Of a stretch of 64,000 nucleotides of DNA, positions 12,122 through 24,269 are shown piece by piece. Location: NCBI GenBank assembly GCA_028534125.1, contig CM052816.1, positions 40,550,001 to 40,614,000 of the forward strand. The letters are read 5' to 3'. The position numbers were made by a program, and so were the translations under genes. The DNA is from Lama glama. Its lineage: Eukaryota. The notes under the pieces are model-generated. The model made no database searches. It was not told the origin of the DNA and saw only the letters and a program-made list of their open reading frames with translations. Position 1 is the first letter of the stretch; each line of letters begins with the position of its first letter.

Positions 12122-13692
12122 TTGTTCTTGTTTAAAGTAAAGCTCAACAATTTTTTTTTCTGAGCTATGATGCATAAATCAAGGCTTAAACTAATAGGTG
12201 CACTTATTAAATGAATAGGTGCACTAATTAGATTCCAGTAATTTTGGTGTCATTTCTCTCTTTTCCTGACTCTACTCCAATAGTTCACTTAAATGTCAAA
12301 ATTGTGTGTCACAACTCAGAAGTAAATATTGAAAGTCCCATCTATACAGAAGATGGTCATGACAGTATGGTTGTAAATGGCTCCCTATTAAACACTGCCT
12401 GCTGTCCCTTGTGCCCTCATTCACAACCATTTTGGCAGGTAATTTCATACAAAAAATTACTCATCGCATCTTCTTCGACTCTAGAGGGCAAACATTTTTC
12501 TTGCTACCAAGAAAAAATACAAACTGCAATGTGATTTTCAGCAAAGGGGTGACATTTATTAAAGAGCAAATTTGTAGCTCTTCAAGCAATTAATATTCAA
12601 ACTGGCTGTTGAAATAAAAGGTTAAATATTAATTCAGTTTTCTTATTTTGAATTGTTAAAGGAAAAACTGCTTTTTACAGTGGTGGCATTTCATTTGTTT
12701 TGGTTTCAAATCAATTATTCTAATAAATCAGCTTTTATTTGTGTGAATATTGACTTGCGCTTTGTTTTTTAAGAAGAAAGAAAAGGCACTTAAGTGAAAA
12801 AACAAAAAACAAAAAATTCACAACCCCTAGAAAAGGAGAGAAAATAAATGAACATAATATAAAACCAAATCCCAGTACAAAAGCCAGTCATGCTATGGTT
12901 GAAAAATACTTTGTAAATGAAAACATACTATTTATAACAACTGTAAAAGAGAGTAACATTTGTAGAAACTTTATTTTTCATGCCTTAATACTTTTGGGGG
13001 AGGAAAATTTATGGATTTTTCTCAGAAGGTGCCAGCTGTACAGTTGTTGTGTAAACTGTTGGTAATTAACAGGCTGTCAACAACACCTCTGAAACTTCAT
13101 GCCTCTAGTTCCCGTGAGTACCACCCAATATAATCCTCCTATTTCAAAGCCTCAAATTTATACTGTAAAAAAAAGCCATGCTTACCTGCCTACATGGTAG
13201 CCTCTCTGCTCATCAGCACTTCTAAAATTACTTTTGGAATCTAGTTTACAAATGCTTCTTGGTTTTGACTGCAAAAACTTAGCCAAAGCAATAACATCCT
13301 TTTAAATATTAGTGTTTATGTATACTGTGGTGTTGTGCTTATGAAAAGCATGACTATATTTACCACCACAAGAACCAAAGAGGCATCCTTCTCAGAATTC
13401 TATACTGTTTGCTTTCTTTGCATGTTGGTTCTTCCCAACTCTTCCCAGGGTACAGCTGTCGGCTAGAGAATAGCTGCAACCCTAGGGTATCTCCAGGGAC
13501 TGAGTACAGTCATCTACCAGTATCTGTCGCATGAGAATTCTGACAGGTCGTTTTGCCCTGCCTCGCTTCTCAATCATGCAGAGCTTACAGTGCAGACTTG
13601 TGACAGCATCTCTGGATGAGGCCCAACTCTGCTTGGTTTCAAATCCATTCTAATGAATCAGGTTTTGTTCACGTGAATATTGATTTGGGCTT

Positions 13693-13753
13693 GGAAGGAA
13701 GGAAGGAAGGAAGGACGGGAGGGAGGGAGGGAGGGAGGAAGGAAAGAAAGAAA
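13693..13753. repeat. (GGAA)n/(GGGA)n purine tract
   Basis: Directly visible. Confidence 0.95.
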
Positions 13754-15554
13754 TGGAATTAACCCCTAGGTCATTTTTGACCTCTTTGAAGTCTCGGCCC
13801 TTACATTAATCCTTTGTTGGATATTTTGTTTGGTACTGATTTTTGGTTTTTATTTATTTAGTTTCCATACTCCAGGCCTCTGATTTCCTATCCACTTTGG
13901 ATTGATATATATGTCCCTAGATGGTCTATCTGAATACTTACAGGAGTTACTTCCCAAGGTATTGCATGTCAGAAATACCATCCAACTATTAACTCAAAGC
14001 AATATATCATGAGAGTATGTCAGGTTTGTCTCTTGTGTTCTAAATAGGCTTCTAAGAAATTGCACATGGCCGTGAGCCTTTTCAACCCCCTTTGGGGATG
14101 GAGATCTGATACTTTCCTAGGAAATAATAACAAAAATCAAAGTATAAATTGATTTTTCAGTTTAAAAACTATCATTCTATCTTAAAAAAACTAAAGCAGA
14201 AAAATAATTGAAGTTTTATCAAATCTTAAGTGAGGAATGAAATTGAAAGCCCAGAAAAATTTTGTTCTATCAAGTTAGAGCTTATCCTTTAGGAATTCAA
14301 GATATAAATGTAGAGAACAAGAAACGGTGGAGCCAAGCTATAAATGTAACCCTCATCTTGTTGCATTACTGATCTTTGTTACAAATATAAATTTTTCCAG
14401 GTTGAAGCATCTGGGTAGATTCACAAGACAAGGATGTGTAGGTAAAATAATAAAGATCAATTAACATGCTACTCTAAGTTCATCAGCAGCTCTGTTCCAC
14501 TTTTATTATACTTTGTGAATATGAACTACAATGGGAAGTGGGCAACCTATAATATGATGAGGCTGTCTTTTTCGAAACAAATAATCAAGCAATGGGGTTT
14601 AACTCAAAATGTCAACATGATGACATAATTACACCCCCAGGACATTTTCAAGGCTTGTCATGCACTAAAACTCTTTTAAAACCTAGGAGGGTGATTAATA
14701 TATTTTACGTGATAACCTTATCCCCACAATGGCCTCATTTCAAAGACAAGGAATGTAATTATTAGAAATCAATATTATACCCAGAGATAAGGATGATAAT
14801 GAGGCAGTTGAAAGGGCTGCAAAGGCTGCACAAGAATTTAAGAAGAACTTTAGTAAGTAATATTGTTAAATATGGACTTAATTGATTTGGTGGCAGAGGA
14901 TACTCCTCATAAAATTGAACTGTGACTCACATCCCTAAAAGAGTGACAACCCTGCAGAAATTGTTTAATAGCCTGGAATTCCACTCTTAAGAAACATTAA
15001 CTCTCACTTCTCATCATAATGTCATATTACTGTACACAGTTGCCTTAGGTTTTAGGATCTCCTTGCTGAGAATATTGTCAGTCTCCTCCAGTTCCCTTAT
15101 TAGAAATCTTTCCATCTAATCTGAGACATTTCTCATGTCTCTAGGCTGTAGAGCACTCTTTGAGGGGGGTTAGGACACCATATACACAAACAGGTGTTTC
15201 TGAAAGAAAAGTGCCTGAAGTTATGTAAGCAAATTTCCTACTTGTTGGTGCAGATTTATCTTTTACTATTACTAAAGAATATAAATCACAAAGAAATGAA
15301 ATATAATGGGTTAGTTCTCTTGGTATATTTAGTATATCCACAAGCATGTCTCCACTTCTATTGCTCTAGATAACTTTAAACATTAAATAGTAATTGTTAT
15401 TGAAGAATTAAAGTGGCCTCAAATGAATTGTATCCACGGATTTGGGGAACCTAGAATCAAAGAAGTCATACAGTTGTCTTGTTAGAGAAAGGGTAGGTTA
15501 TTAATTAACAAAGTGTAATTTCCAAGGCTGCTTCAATGTATACATTTAGAATGC

Positions 15555-16712
15555 ATTTATCTTGTGTAATTAAACAGTTCTATCCTTTGAAAAACTCCCC
15601 ATTTCCTCTTCCCCTCAGTCTCTGGCAACTATCAGTCTACTCTCTGCTTCTATGCATTTGACTATTTTAAAGACATCATATAAAGGGGATCATGAAGTAT
15701 TTTTCATGTGACTGGCTTATTTCAAATAGCATAATGTCCCCCATGTCATCCCTGTCGTGGCATTTGGCAGAATTTCCTTCTTTAAGGCTGAATAATATTC
15801 CATAGTACATATATACTATATTTTCTCTTTTTTCTTCTAGTTTTATTGCCATTTAATTGACATATAGCACTGTATAAATTTAAGGTGTTCAACCTAATTA
15901 TTTGCTTACATGCATCATGAAATGATTATTACAGTAAGTTTAGTAAACATGCATCATATCATATAGTTAAAAAAAATTAAAGAAATAGAAAATAATTTTT
16001 CCTTATGATGAGAACTCTTAGAATTTACTCTCTTAACAACTTTCATACGTAACATATAGCAGTGTTAATTATACTTTTCATGTTGTACATTACATCTCTA
16101 GTACTTATTTATCTTATAACTGGAAGTTTGTACCTTCTGACTGCTTTCATCCAATTCCTCCTCCACCCACAACTCGCCTCTGGTGACCACAAATATGACC
16201 TCTTTTTCCATGAGTTTGTTTGTTTGTTTTTGAAGTATAATTGACCTACAACACTATGTTAGTTCCTGTTAACACAACATAATGATTCAATATTTCTATA
16301 CATTTCAAAATAATCACTATGATGTCTAGTTAAATATGTCACTGTATGAAGATACTACATAGTTATTGACTATATTCCCCACACTGTGTATTTCATATCC
16401 ATGACTCATTTATTTCACCAATAGGAGTTTATATCTATTTATCTTCTCTCACTTACTTTTTCCTTTCCCCACTTCCCTCCCTTCTGGCAGCCACCTGTTT
16501 GTTCTCTTTATCTATAACTCTGTTTGTGCTTTACTATATTTGTTCATTTGTGTTTTTTTAGATTCCATATATACATGAAATCATACAATGTTTGTCTTTC
16601 TCTGTCTGACTTATTTCACTTAGCATAATCCCCTCTAGATCATCCATATTGTTGCAGATGGCAAGATTCCATTCTTTTCTATGGCTGAGTAATATTCCAT
16701 TATATCTATCTA

Positions 16713-16744
<32 letters not shown>

Positions 16745-16850
16745 CCTATATATATATGCCACATCTTCTTTATCCATTCATCTATTGATGGGCACTTAGA
16801 TTGTTTTCATATTTTGACTATTATAAATAATGCTGCAATAAACATAGTAG
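15555..16850 (-). mobile_element. Nested L1MA-type 3'UTR fragments
   Basis: Repeated L1 3'UTR antisense motifs (gacttatttcacttagcataat, ggctgagtaatattccatt); contains (CTAT)n at ~16705-16750. Confidence 0.85.
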
Positions 16851-16859
16851 TGCTGCTAT

Positions 16860-17130
16860 ATCTTATTACTTATAGTTAACAATACTGTATTGCACACTTA
16901 AAATTTTGTTACAAGGGTAGGTCTGTAATCAGCTGTTCTTACCATAAACCAAATAAAAAACCAAACAAAAACAAAGGCAACAGGAAAGTTTTGGAGATGA
17001 TGGATATATTTATTAACTTGATTATGGCGATAGTTTTATGGGTGTATGTATATGTTTAAACCCATTAAATTGTATACATGTGCATTTTTTGTATTAATTT
17101 ACATCTCAATAAGGCTAATAAAAATAAATA
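16860..17130 (+). mobile_element. L1M 3' end
   Basis: tatagttaacaatactgtattgcacacttaaaattttg...catctcaataaggct followed by an A-rich tail. Confidence 0.75.
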
Positions 17131-17309
17131 CTTATAACACCTCATGTGACTAATATTTGCCTAATGGTCTGCTCTAAAAATATATTGTAATTTTTAAATG
17201 ACTCATCCCTTACTCATTTTTTGTAATCTTAGGATTACTAGGCTTTAGAAGTGACAGATAGATAAGAAAAGGAAAAAAGAAAGCCATTTAGGAGAGATGT
17301 GAATTATGA

Positions 17310-19040
17310 TCAAATTTAGTCATAAACACATGATTTATAACTGAAAAGATTGATAAATTGGACTTCATGCGAATTAAGAACTTCTGTTGTGAAAAATACA
17401 CTTTTAAGAGAATGAGAAGATAAGCAAGACACTGGAAGAAAATCTTTGCAAAAGACATATCTGATAAAGAACTGTTATCCAAAATATGCAAAGAACTCTT
17501 GAAAGTGAACAATAAGAAAATGAACCACCCACTTAGTAAATGGGCCAAAGATCTGAACAGACATCTCACCAAAGAAGATGTATAGATGGTGTATAAGCAA
17601 ATGAGAGCATACTCAATATTATATGTGATTAGACAATTTATATTAAAACAATGAAATAGCTCTACACACCTGTTAGAATGGCAAACTCTCAAACACTGAC
17701 AAATACCAAATATTGGTGAGGCTGTAGAGCAACAGAAATTCTCATTCTTTGTTGGTGGGAATGATACAGTCACTTTAGAAGACCATTTTGGAAAATTCAT
17801 ACAAAACTAAACATATCCCTACTTATAAGACCAGCAGTCATGCTCCTGGGTATTTAACCAAAAAATGAATTTTTTACCCAGTTCAAAATGTATGCCACTC
17901 AGAAATCTGCATTCAGGTATTTATTTCAGCTTTATTCATAATTGCCAAATTTTGAAAGCAACCAAAGTATCCTTCAGTAGATAAATGAACAAACAAAATG
18001 GTATATCTAGACCATGCACTGTTATTCAGCACCAAAAGGAAATGAGCTATCATGAAAATCCAGTGGAGGAACCATAAATACATATTACTGTTATTTAGGG
18101 GAAAAAAATAGTGTGAAGGCAAGAAAAGGCATGGAAGACACTTAAATGCGTATTTCTAAATGAATTAAGCCAGTCTGAAAAGTCTACATACTGTATAATT
18201 CCAACTATGTGACATTCTGGAAAAGGCAAAACTAGAGAGTTAGTTAGAAGAACAGGGATTGTGGTAAGGGAGTGATGAATAGTCAGATCAGGGAGGATTT
18301 TTAGGGCAGTGAAAATACTCTGTATGTTACCATAATGAAGGTACTATACATTCATCCAAACCTATAGAATGTGAAACACCAAGAGTGAACTGTAATGTAA
18401 ACCATGGACTTCCGGTGATTATGTTTTGTCAGCGTAGGTTCATCAGCAGTAACAAGTGTGCCCCTCTGGTGGGAGGTGATGATAATGGGAGGAGGCTACT
18501 CCTGTGTGGGGGCAGGGGATAAGTGAGAAATCTTTTGCCTTCTGTCAACCTTACAAATAAAATAGCCAGTTATTTTATCAGTGAAATAACTATTTGAGAA
18601 TAGCAGAAGAATTGTAGTTTGGGACAGACAAACTGTGGCAAAGCATAGGCTAGTTCAGAGAACAAAGGAGAGGAACATTCTATTATATAGGAAACAGGGA
18701 TTTGGGGAGGGCTTTTTTTTGAGTGAAAGTCCATTGGATGAGAGTGAGAATTCAGAGTGGTGGTGGTTTTGTGTTGGCTGAATTATTGTAGCTTCTCTTT
18801 GGCTGAACTAGGAGAAAATCTTTCTCCTGTTGGGATTTGTAAAGTAAGCTTCTTCCTGTTGGGGAAAGCAAGGTACACTTTCTCCTGCTGGGCTAAACAT
18901 GCTGTGTGGTGAGTGGTGGTGCCTTCAGGGCTTTCTGACTCCATTTGAAATGAGATTTCCTTTATTTTCAGACTTTCCCTCAAGTTTGCTGTGAATCTAA
19001 GACTGCTGTAAGAAAAAAGTTGTCTTAATTAAAAAAAAAA
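17310..19040 (+). mobile_element. L1MC-type 3' portion (ORF2 end + 3'UTR), interrupted by an LTR
   Basis: gatctgaacagacatctcaccaaagaagat, gacattctggaaaaggcaaaact, ...gctgtgaatctaagactgct + A tail. Confidence 0.85.
18543..18972. mobile_element. ERV solo LTR (~430 bp) inserted in L1MC
   Basis: Starts TGTCAACC and interrupts an otherwise contiguous L1 3'UTR; near-TSD cttc/cttt; absent from the paralogous L1 at 62450-63490. Confidence 0.7.
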
Positions 19041-19044
19041 TTCT

Positions 19045-19308
19045 GCTTCCATAGAGCTTACATGAGATAGTTAAAAAAAAAGGTGAATTAAAACAACAAA
19101 TAGATAATTTTAGACACTGAGAAATGTTATGAAGATTGTGCTAGTTTAGGTAAACGAAAAACATCTGTGATATGATGACAGTTGAGTTAAGACGTGAAAT
19201 CCAAGGAAAATCCAGCCATGCTACTATTTAGAGAGCATTGCTGCAGGCAGAGAAATCAGGAATTGCTAAGGTCCTAGTGGGAATGAGCAGAAATAATGAT
19301 TAATGTGA
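19045..19308 (-). mobile_element. L2-like fragment (paralogous to 63490-63750)
   Basis: L2-like antisense text; shares exact 22-mer and 17-mer with the distal copy. Confidence 0.55.
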
Positions 19309-20169
19309 AAAAGCAAAATAAATCTAGTTTTTAAGTATAGTATTTATCTAAAATATGAAATTTCTGCAGCTTTGATAACAGTTTCTAAATAGTTATGTAA
19401 TATAACTTTAAGAGTAAACTATTGTGGAGGCAATTCAATTTATTGGTTCACTTCATTTGGTGATATTGGCAAGCTTAGTTATTGTAATTGCTAAGGGAAT
19501 ATTAAGAGATAAATATTATCTGACTCACTGGAGATAAACTAAGTTATATGACAAATTGGTGCAAAAAGAAAAACATAACTTTCATTGTACTTATATTTTA
19601 ACTTTTGTTACTTTTATCTTTTGTCTATTTTAACTCATTGAATTCTCTCAAAAATTGGCATAGATGAAATGTGATTTAATCAAGTTTTATAAGCTCAGGT
19701 ATTGTATTATTGAACTGAGTTATATTTCAACATTTTCTGAAGTGGATTTTTGGGTTCACTGCTTTCTTAAATGAACTTCAGGGCTTTCTTGAATCTCGGG
19801 CAAGAGAACATTGCTTATCTCCTGAATCTCAAGCAGGATAACTTAAGAAATAGGTAGATGACAGCAGGTATTTACTACCTGAGTAGTTAAATAGATATTT
19901 GCAGACCAGTTTTCCTTTCACTGTGCTTCACCAACAGCAATTTATAAGGGGTAGCCATTGATTAATTCAAACTGCATCTGTCACTTTGAGCAAAATATTA
20001 TTTCATCAGCTTCTAACACTGACATCTGAAATGTGCAACTGTCTCTTAAACAAGCTAAAGTAGATTTTGTGGATATTTTAAGGTATTTTAAATAAGAAAG
20101 AACTTCCTTTAAGTCAGAATCTTCTTTTAAAGAAATTCTGATTTTTAACATTTTCAATGTTAATTTTAA

Positions 20170-20395
20170 CCACTGTATATAAAAATAGATAAAAAAAAAT
20201 TTCTTCTGTAGAGCGCAGGGAACTATATTCAATATCTTGTAATACCTTTAATGAAAAAGAATACAAGATGAATATATGTATGTATATATATATTTTATAT
20301 ATATATATGCATGACTAGGACATTATGCTGTACACCAGAAACTGATACATTGTAACAGACTGTATTTCAATGAAAATTTTAAAAAAATAAATAAA
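20170..20395 (+). mobile_element. Artiodactyl-type L1 3' terminus
   Basis: agcgcagggaactatattcaatatcttgtaat...atgctgtacaccagaaactgatac + A tail. Confidence 0.85.
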
Positions 20396-22231
20396 TGCTA
20401 TTTTAAGAATTAAAGACAGTAACAAATTACATAAATATGTAATCTGATTATGCTCATTTTTAATGTATTGGCCACATATATATATAAGTCATATGCATTT
20501 ATATATGTGTATGTTTGCATTGTACACATTCTTTGAATATGTATTAAATGTTAGTTGATATTTTTATTCATATTTATATATTTTAAAATCTGATATGTTG
20601 GAAAGGCTGCCTTTCCAACATGGATTAATGAACATGTGTTAATTATTCTGCTAGAGTTTACTTGGCAATATAATGACTAGTTGAATTAAGTATTGAATTC
20701 TGAATGGATGCAAACATAATAGATTCCTAGAATAAAAAGTAGAGTTTTTTTATTTTTAATTAGTTTTTATATCTGGAAAACAAATTCTGGAATGTATAGA
20801 ATAGAACTAGAAGTAATCAAAGAAATCATGATGTTTTATCTATACTCATTATAGGCCATGTAGGTTTGATAATCTGCTATTATTTTAATCTTATTATAAT
20901 TACTGAACATTTCTTAGTATTTGTAATAGCCAACTAATATGATAGTAGAGATGAACACATGGGAACTTAAACATATCATTTAAATATATGAAAATGATAA
21001 TAGTAATGTCTCATAGTTGTATAGTGACTCTGGTTTTATTTAGTCAACTATTTTAATTAATGTGTCTTTTGCTTCTAGTACTCAATGGTTGAGAAATTAT
21101 ATTTTGCTTCAGCAATTCATGTACAAGAATAGTATGTGAAACAGGAAAATACATGAATACAAATGTTCATAAAAGACATTTTATTGTAATGATTTATTAA
21201 AATAAATTAATATAGTATAAATCATTTTATTGAAAGACATAATGAATAGTTTGATGAATAAACTGCAGGGAACTAATTAACTGGTCATAATTTCTGATTT
21301 TTATTCAGATTAAATCTCAATACTATGTATTCAAGTTGTGAAAGTTTTTGATCTTTTGTATAAAAGATATATGACTGGACATTACTTGTCTCTGTTCATT
21401 GACTTTTTAATGGTTCCAGTTTAGATTTGCATTCTACCATTTATCACCCCAGTACTCACTGGCCAGCAGTCACAAATAGTGTGCTGGACTTAGAGCCACC
21501 AGCTATGGCTACAGTGTCCATGGCAGCTAACTAGATCATTTGGGGATTAGCTCATCAATAATAATTTACTACATTCAACCTTGTTAAATATAAAGCCCAA
21601 GAGACGTGTTAATAAGCACCTACCTCTAAATTTTATGACGCAGTGAGTTGTAGTAATGATTAATCTTGACAATTTGGCCTTGATAATCCAGTAATATTAT
21701 AGAGTACTAGATAATTACATTTAGTAAAATAACAACTATTTTTATAAGGAATAGGTGAATATGTATTATATATCTTATTAGATATTTAGGTCTTCTTATG
21801 ATGGCCTTTCATTCAATTAAATTAATAATTTCAGTAGCCACATTCTGAGTAGCTAATCAAATTGTGTGCAATTCTTTCAAAATAACACAGAGCAAATTTT
21901 ATCTTACAATGAATGGCTACTGAACTTTAACATGAAAATTACTACTATAAGAAGAGTAAATGTGACAGAAATGAACATAAAAGATTTTGTCGCTCAAAAG
22001 CATTTATCCCAGTGTTACATTTTAAATCACATATATGATAGAATATTTTATCAGTTAGTGGACATTGAAATTTGTCTTTGAATCCAACCTGAATGGGTCA
22101 CTGAAATCTGTTCCTGTCCAAAACATCCAGGAGCAGATTTGGTCTGAGGCTACAAAAGGAAAAAAAAAAAAAAACCTTATTCTGTTGCTCGGCATACATG
22201 ACATGTTTTAAAAAAAAATTCTTAGGGGAAT

Positions 22232-23725
22232 ATGTCAGAAATAGTATATTCACACACAAAAAAGTCAGTGCTACATTTTAATTTTTTAATTACCATTTCT
22301 ATTACTTTAACAGAGATAGAGTAAAAGGTACAGGTGTTATAAAGAGAGGACACTCTGAAATACCTGAGGTATAACTAGTCAAAAGTTAGATGACATTTCA
22401 ATCATTCAGGATAGGACAGGAAAACATCAGCACAACAGTGGTGTTGAAGGGAAAGTAAGGAAAACCTTGAATGGGTTAAAAATGGCAGAAGAAGAACCAA
22501 ATGAACCATCATCACAGGTACTTAGAAGAATACTCTGTGATATTCATGATGAGGAGATCCTGTTAATGCTACCAGAAAGAAGCTCATTAAAGAGTCATGT
22601 AAAATGAATTATAAACCTATATTGACCTCCAAACCCAGCATCATTGCATGGAATTGAAATTCCAGAGGTGTATAAAGTGACCAGATGTGGAGAATTATTT
22701 CTTATACACAATTCCAGTGCTCAGGATGACTGAAGAATTCTTACTTACACAATTTATGAGAATATTTGACTTTAAGTGCCAATTCCACACTATTCAGTGA
22801 TGGCACCTTCAAGATGGCACCAACACCATTCACTCAGTTATTTATTGTGCATGGTGTGTTGGGTTTTATTATGCCATTGATTTATGTACTAATAATGAAA
22901 AAGAATAAACTGACTATACTTCCATCAAAAATATATATATAAAATTTAAAGAAAGAAGATACTTACTGATATATATATATATATACACACACACACATAT
23001 ATACATATATACACAGATATATATATATACAAACTCACATTTGCATAGGAAAGAAATCTCAACATGAACCCTTCATTGTGCATGATGGACTTCAAGGTTG
23101 CAAATATGAATGCGATTCAACTACTCCTACCAAATGCATAAATAAAAGGATGCTTGCTTTACTTTTCACAATCAGTGGGCTGAAAAATCTTCTTTGGTTC
23201 TAACGTTGAAGTATATGACAATGGAATGTAACACCCATAAGTGTTTATATGTATTGTTTGGACTTCCGTTTGTGGCTTTGAAAGATGTAACTGAAGCTTT
23301 TGAGTACATTGTGGAGATGAAGAAGAAAATTTAGATGACCTAATGGATTATGTTTTGAGAATGTACGTCCATGAAAGGCAAGGCAGAGACAGAAGACCAG
23401 AAGCTCCAAGATTTGCACCAGAAACTTGGAATGTTTATCCTGAATGGTAATCACAGGATGAACAGTGCAGTGGAAGGCTGGCATGGCAAATTTTAAAAGC
23501 TGATGGTAGTGCATCATCATTCAGTTTGGAGAAGTGTTAATTTGTTCACTGCTTTGCTATTTGTCTTTTATCAGGCTCTTGGTGGTCATATTCACATACA
23601 GCCACCAACCTCACAGTGATGCTGACAAAATCAGGTTCATATAACCAAAATTTTTGACAGATATAAAGAATATAAAGCTAATAATCAGGTCTGTATACTT
23701 GAGAGCAATTACTCATTGACTTTAG
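22232..23725 (+). pseudogene. Decayed FLYWCH-like + MULE DDE transposase
   Basis: Manual translation: YRCY...GKHQH (22329-22433); PPNPASLHGIEIPEVYKVTRCGELFL; FSDGTFKMAPTPFTQLFIVHG (D at 22799); CMMDFKVANMNA (D at 23088); IKGCLLYFSQSV; LFGLPFV; PRFAPETWNVY; HRMNSAVEGWH (E at 23473); ends YLRAITH*L*. Multiple stops, frameshifts and a microsatellite insertion. Start codon is tentative. Confidence 0.9.
22930..23030. repeat. (TA)n/(CA)n low-complexity expansion inside the MULE transposase
   Basis: Directly visible; lies between the two catalytic Asp motifs. Confidence 0.9.
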
Positions 23726-24269
23726 TGTAACCCTGAAAAACTTCATGATGAGGAAGAATAAAAATATTCAGTGGGAAATCCAAAATTCATCATAAATTAT
23801 AATCAAAATAGCATAAATGAAATTTTAACAGAGTTAAATGTTTGTGTTATTTAATGAACCGTAGAGCAAATGTCTCAGTGAGCATTTTGGACAGGACCTA
23901 ATTTCAAGGGCTTTTTGGTAAAGTTAGTTTTAAGAAACTTTTGTTGTGGACCAAATGTCTTAATGGAAGTTATGGACAGGACCAGATGTCTCAATGAATG
24001 TCTTGGACAACACCAAATGTCCTACAATGATTTTATCACATCGTTAGGCATAATATATTTCTTCTTTGTATTTTAAAATAAAATAGAAATATATTCAATT
24101 TTTATTTCAATGATACTAATATATTTCTAGAAACTATTTCACAAAATCACTAAAGATCAGACAAACTTAAGAAAAAAACAAAATTCAAGAAGTGAAATTA
24201 TTCATACTAATGAATATGTCATTTATACCTACTTGGTAGGCAATAATAATTTTTAAAAAGAGGCGTGTT

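Larger units (their letters stand above)
22054..24029 (+). mobile_element. Full-length fossil Mutator-like (MULE/MuDR superfamily) DNA transposon
   Basis: Perfect 9-bp TSD ATTTTATCA (22045-22053 / 24030-24038). Imperfect inverted ends (22099-22144 vs 23949-23996) built from 31-bp units. Internal decayed MULE transposase. Confidence 0.92.

Noticed and set aside
17288..17800. Longest ORF in the track (170 aa, minus)
   Set aside because: Antisense to an L1 fragment; not a gene.
23245..23520. 91-aa minus-strand ORF within the MULE as a possible second gene
   Set aside because: Antisense shadow of the transposase frame with no recognisable motif.
22232..23725. Domesticated MULE/FLYWCH host gene
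   Set aside because: Many stops, frameshifts, a microsatellite inside the catalytic domain and CxxH changed to CxxY; TIRs and TSD are still present.
23865..24029. Regularly spaced repeats resembling a CRISPR array
   Set aside because: Tandem 31-bp units without unique spacers, in mammalian DNA, inverted at the other end of a transposon.
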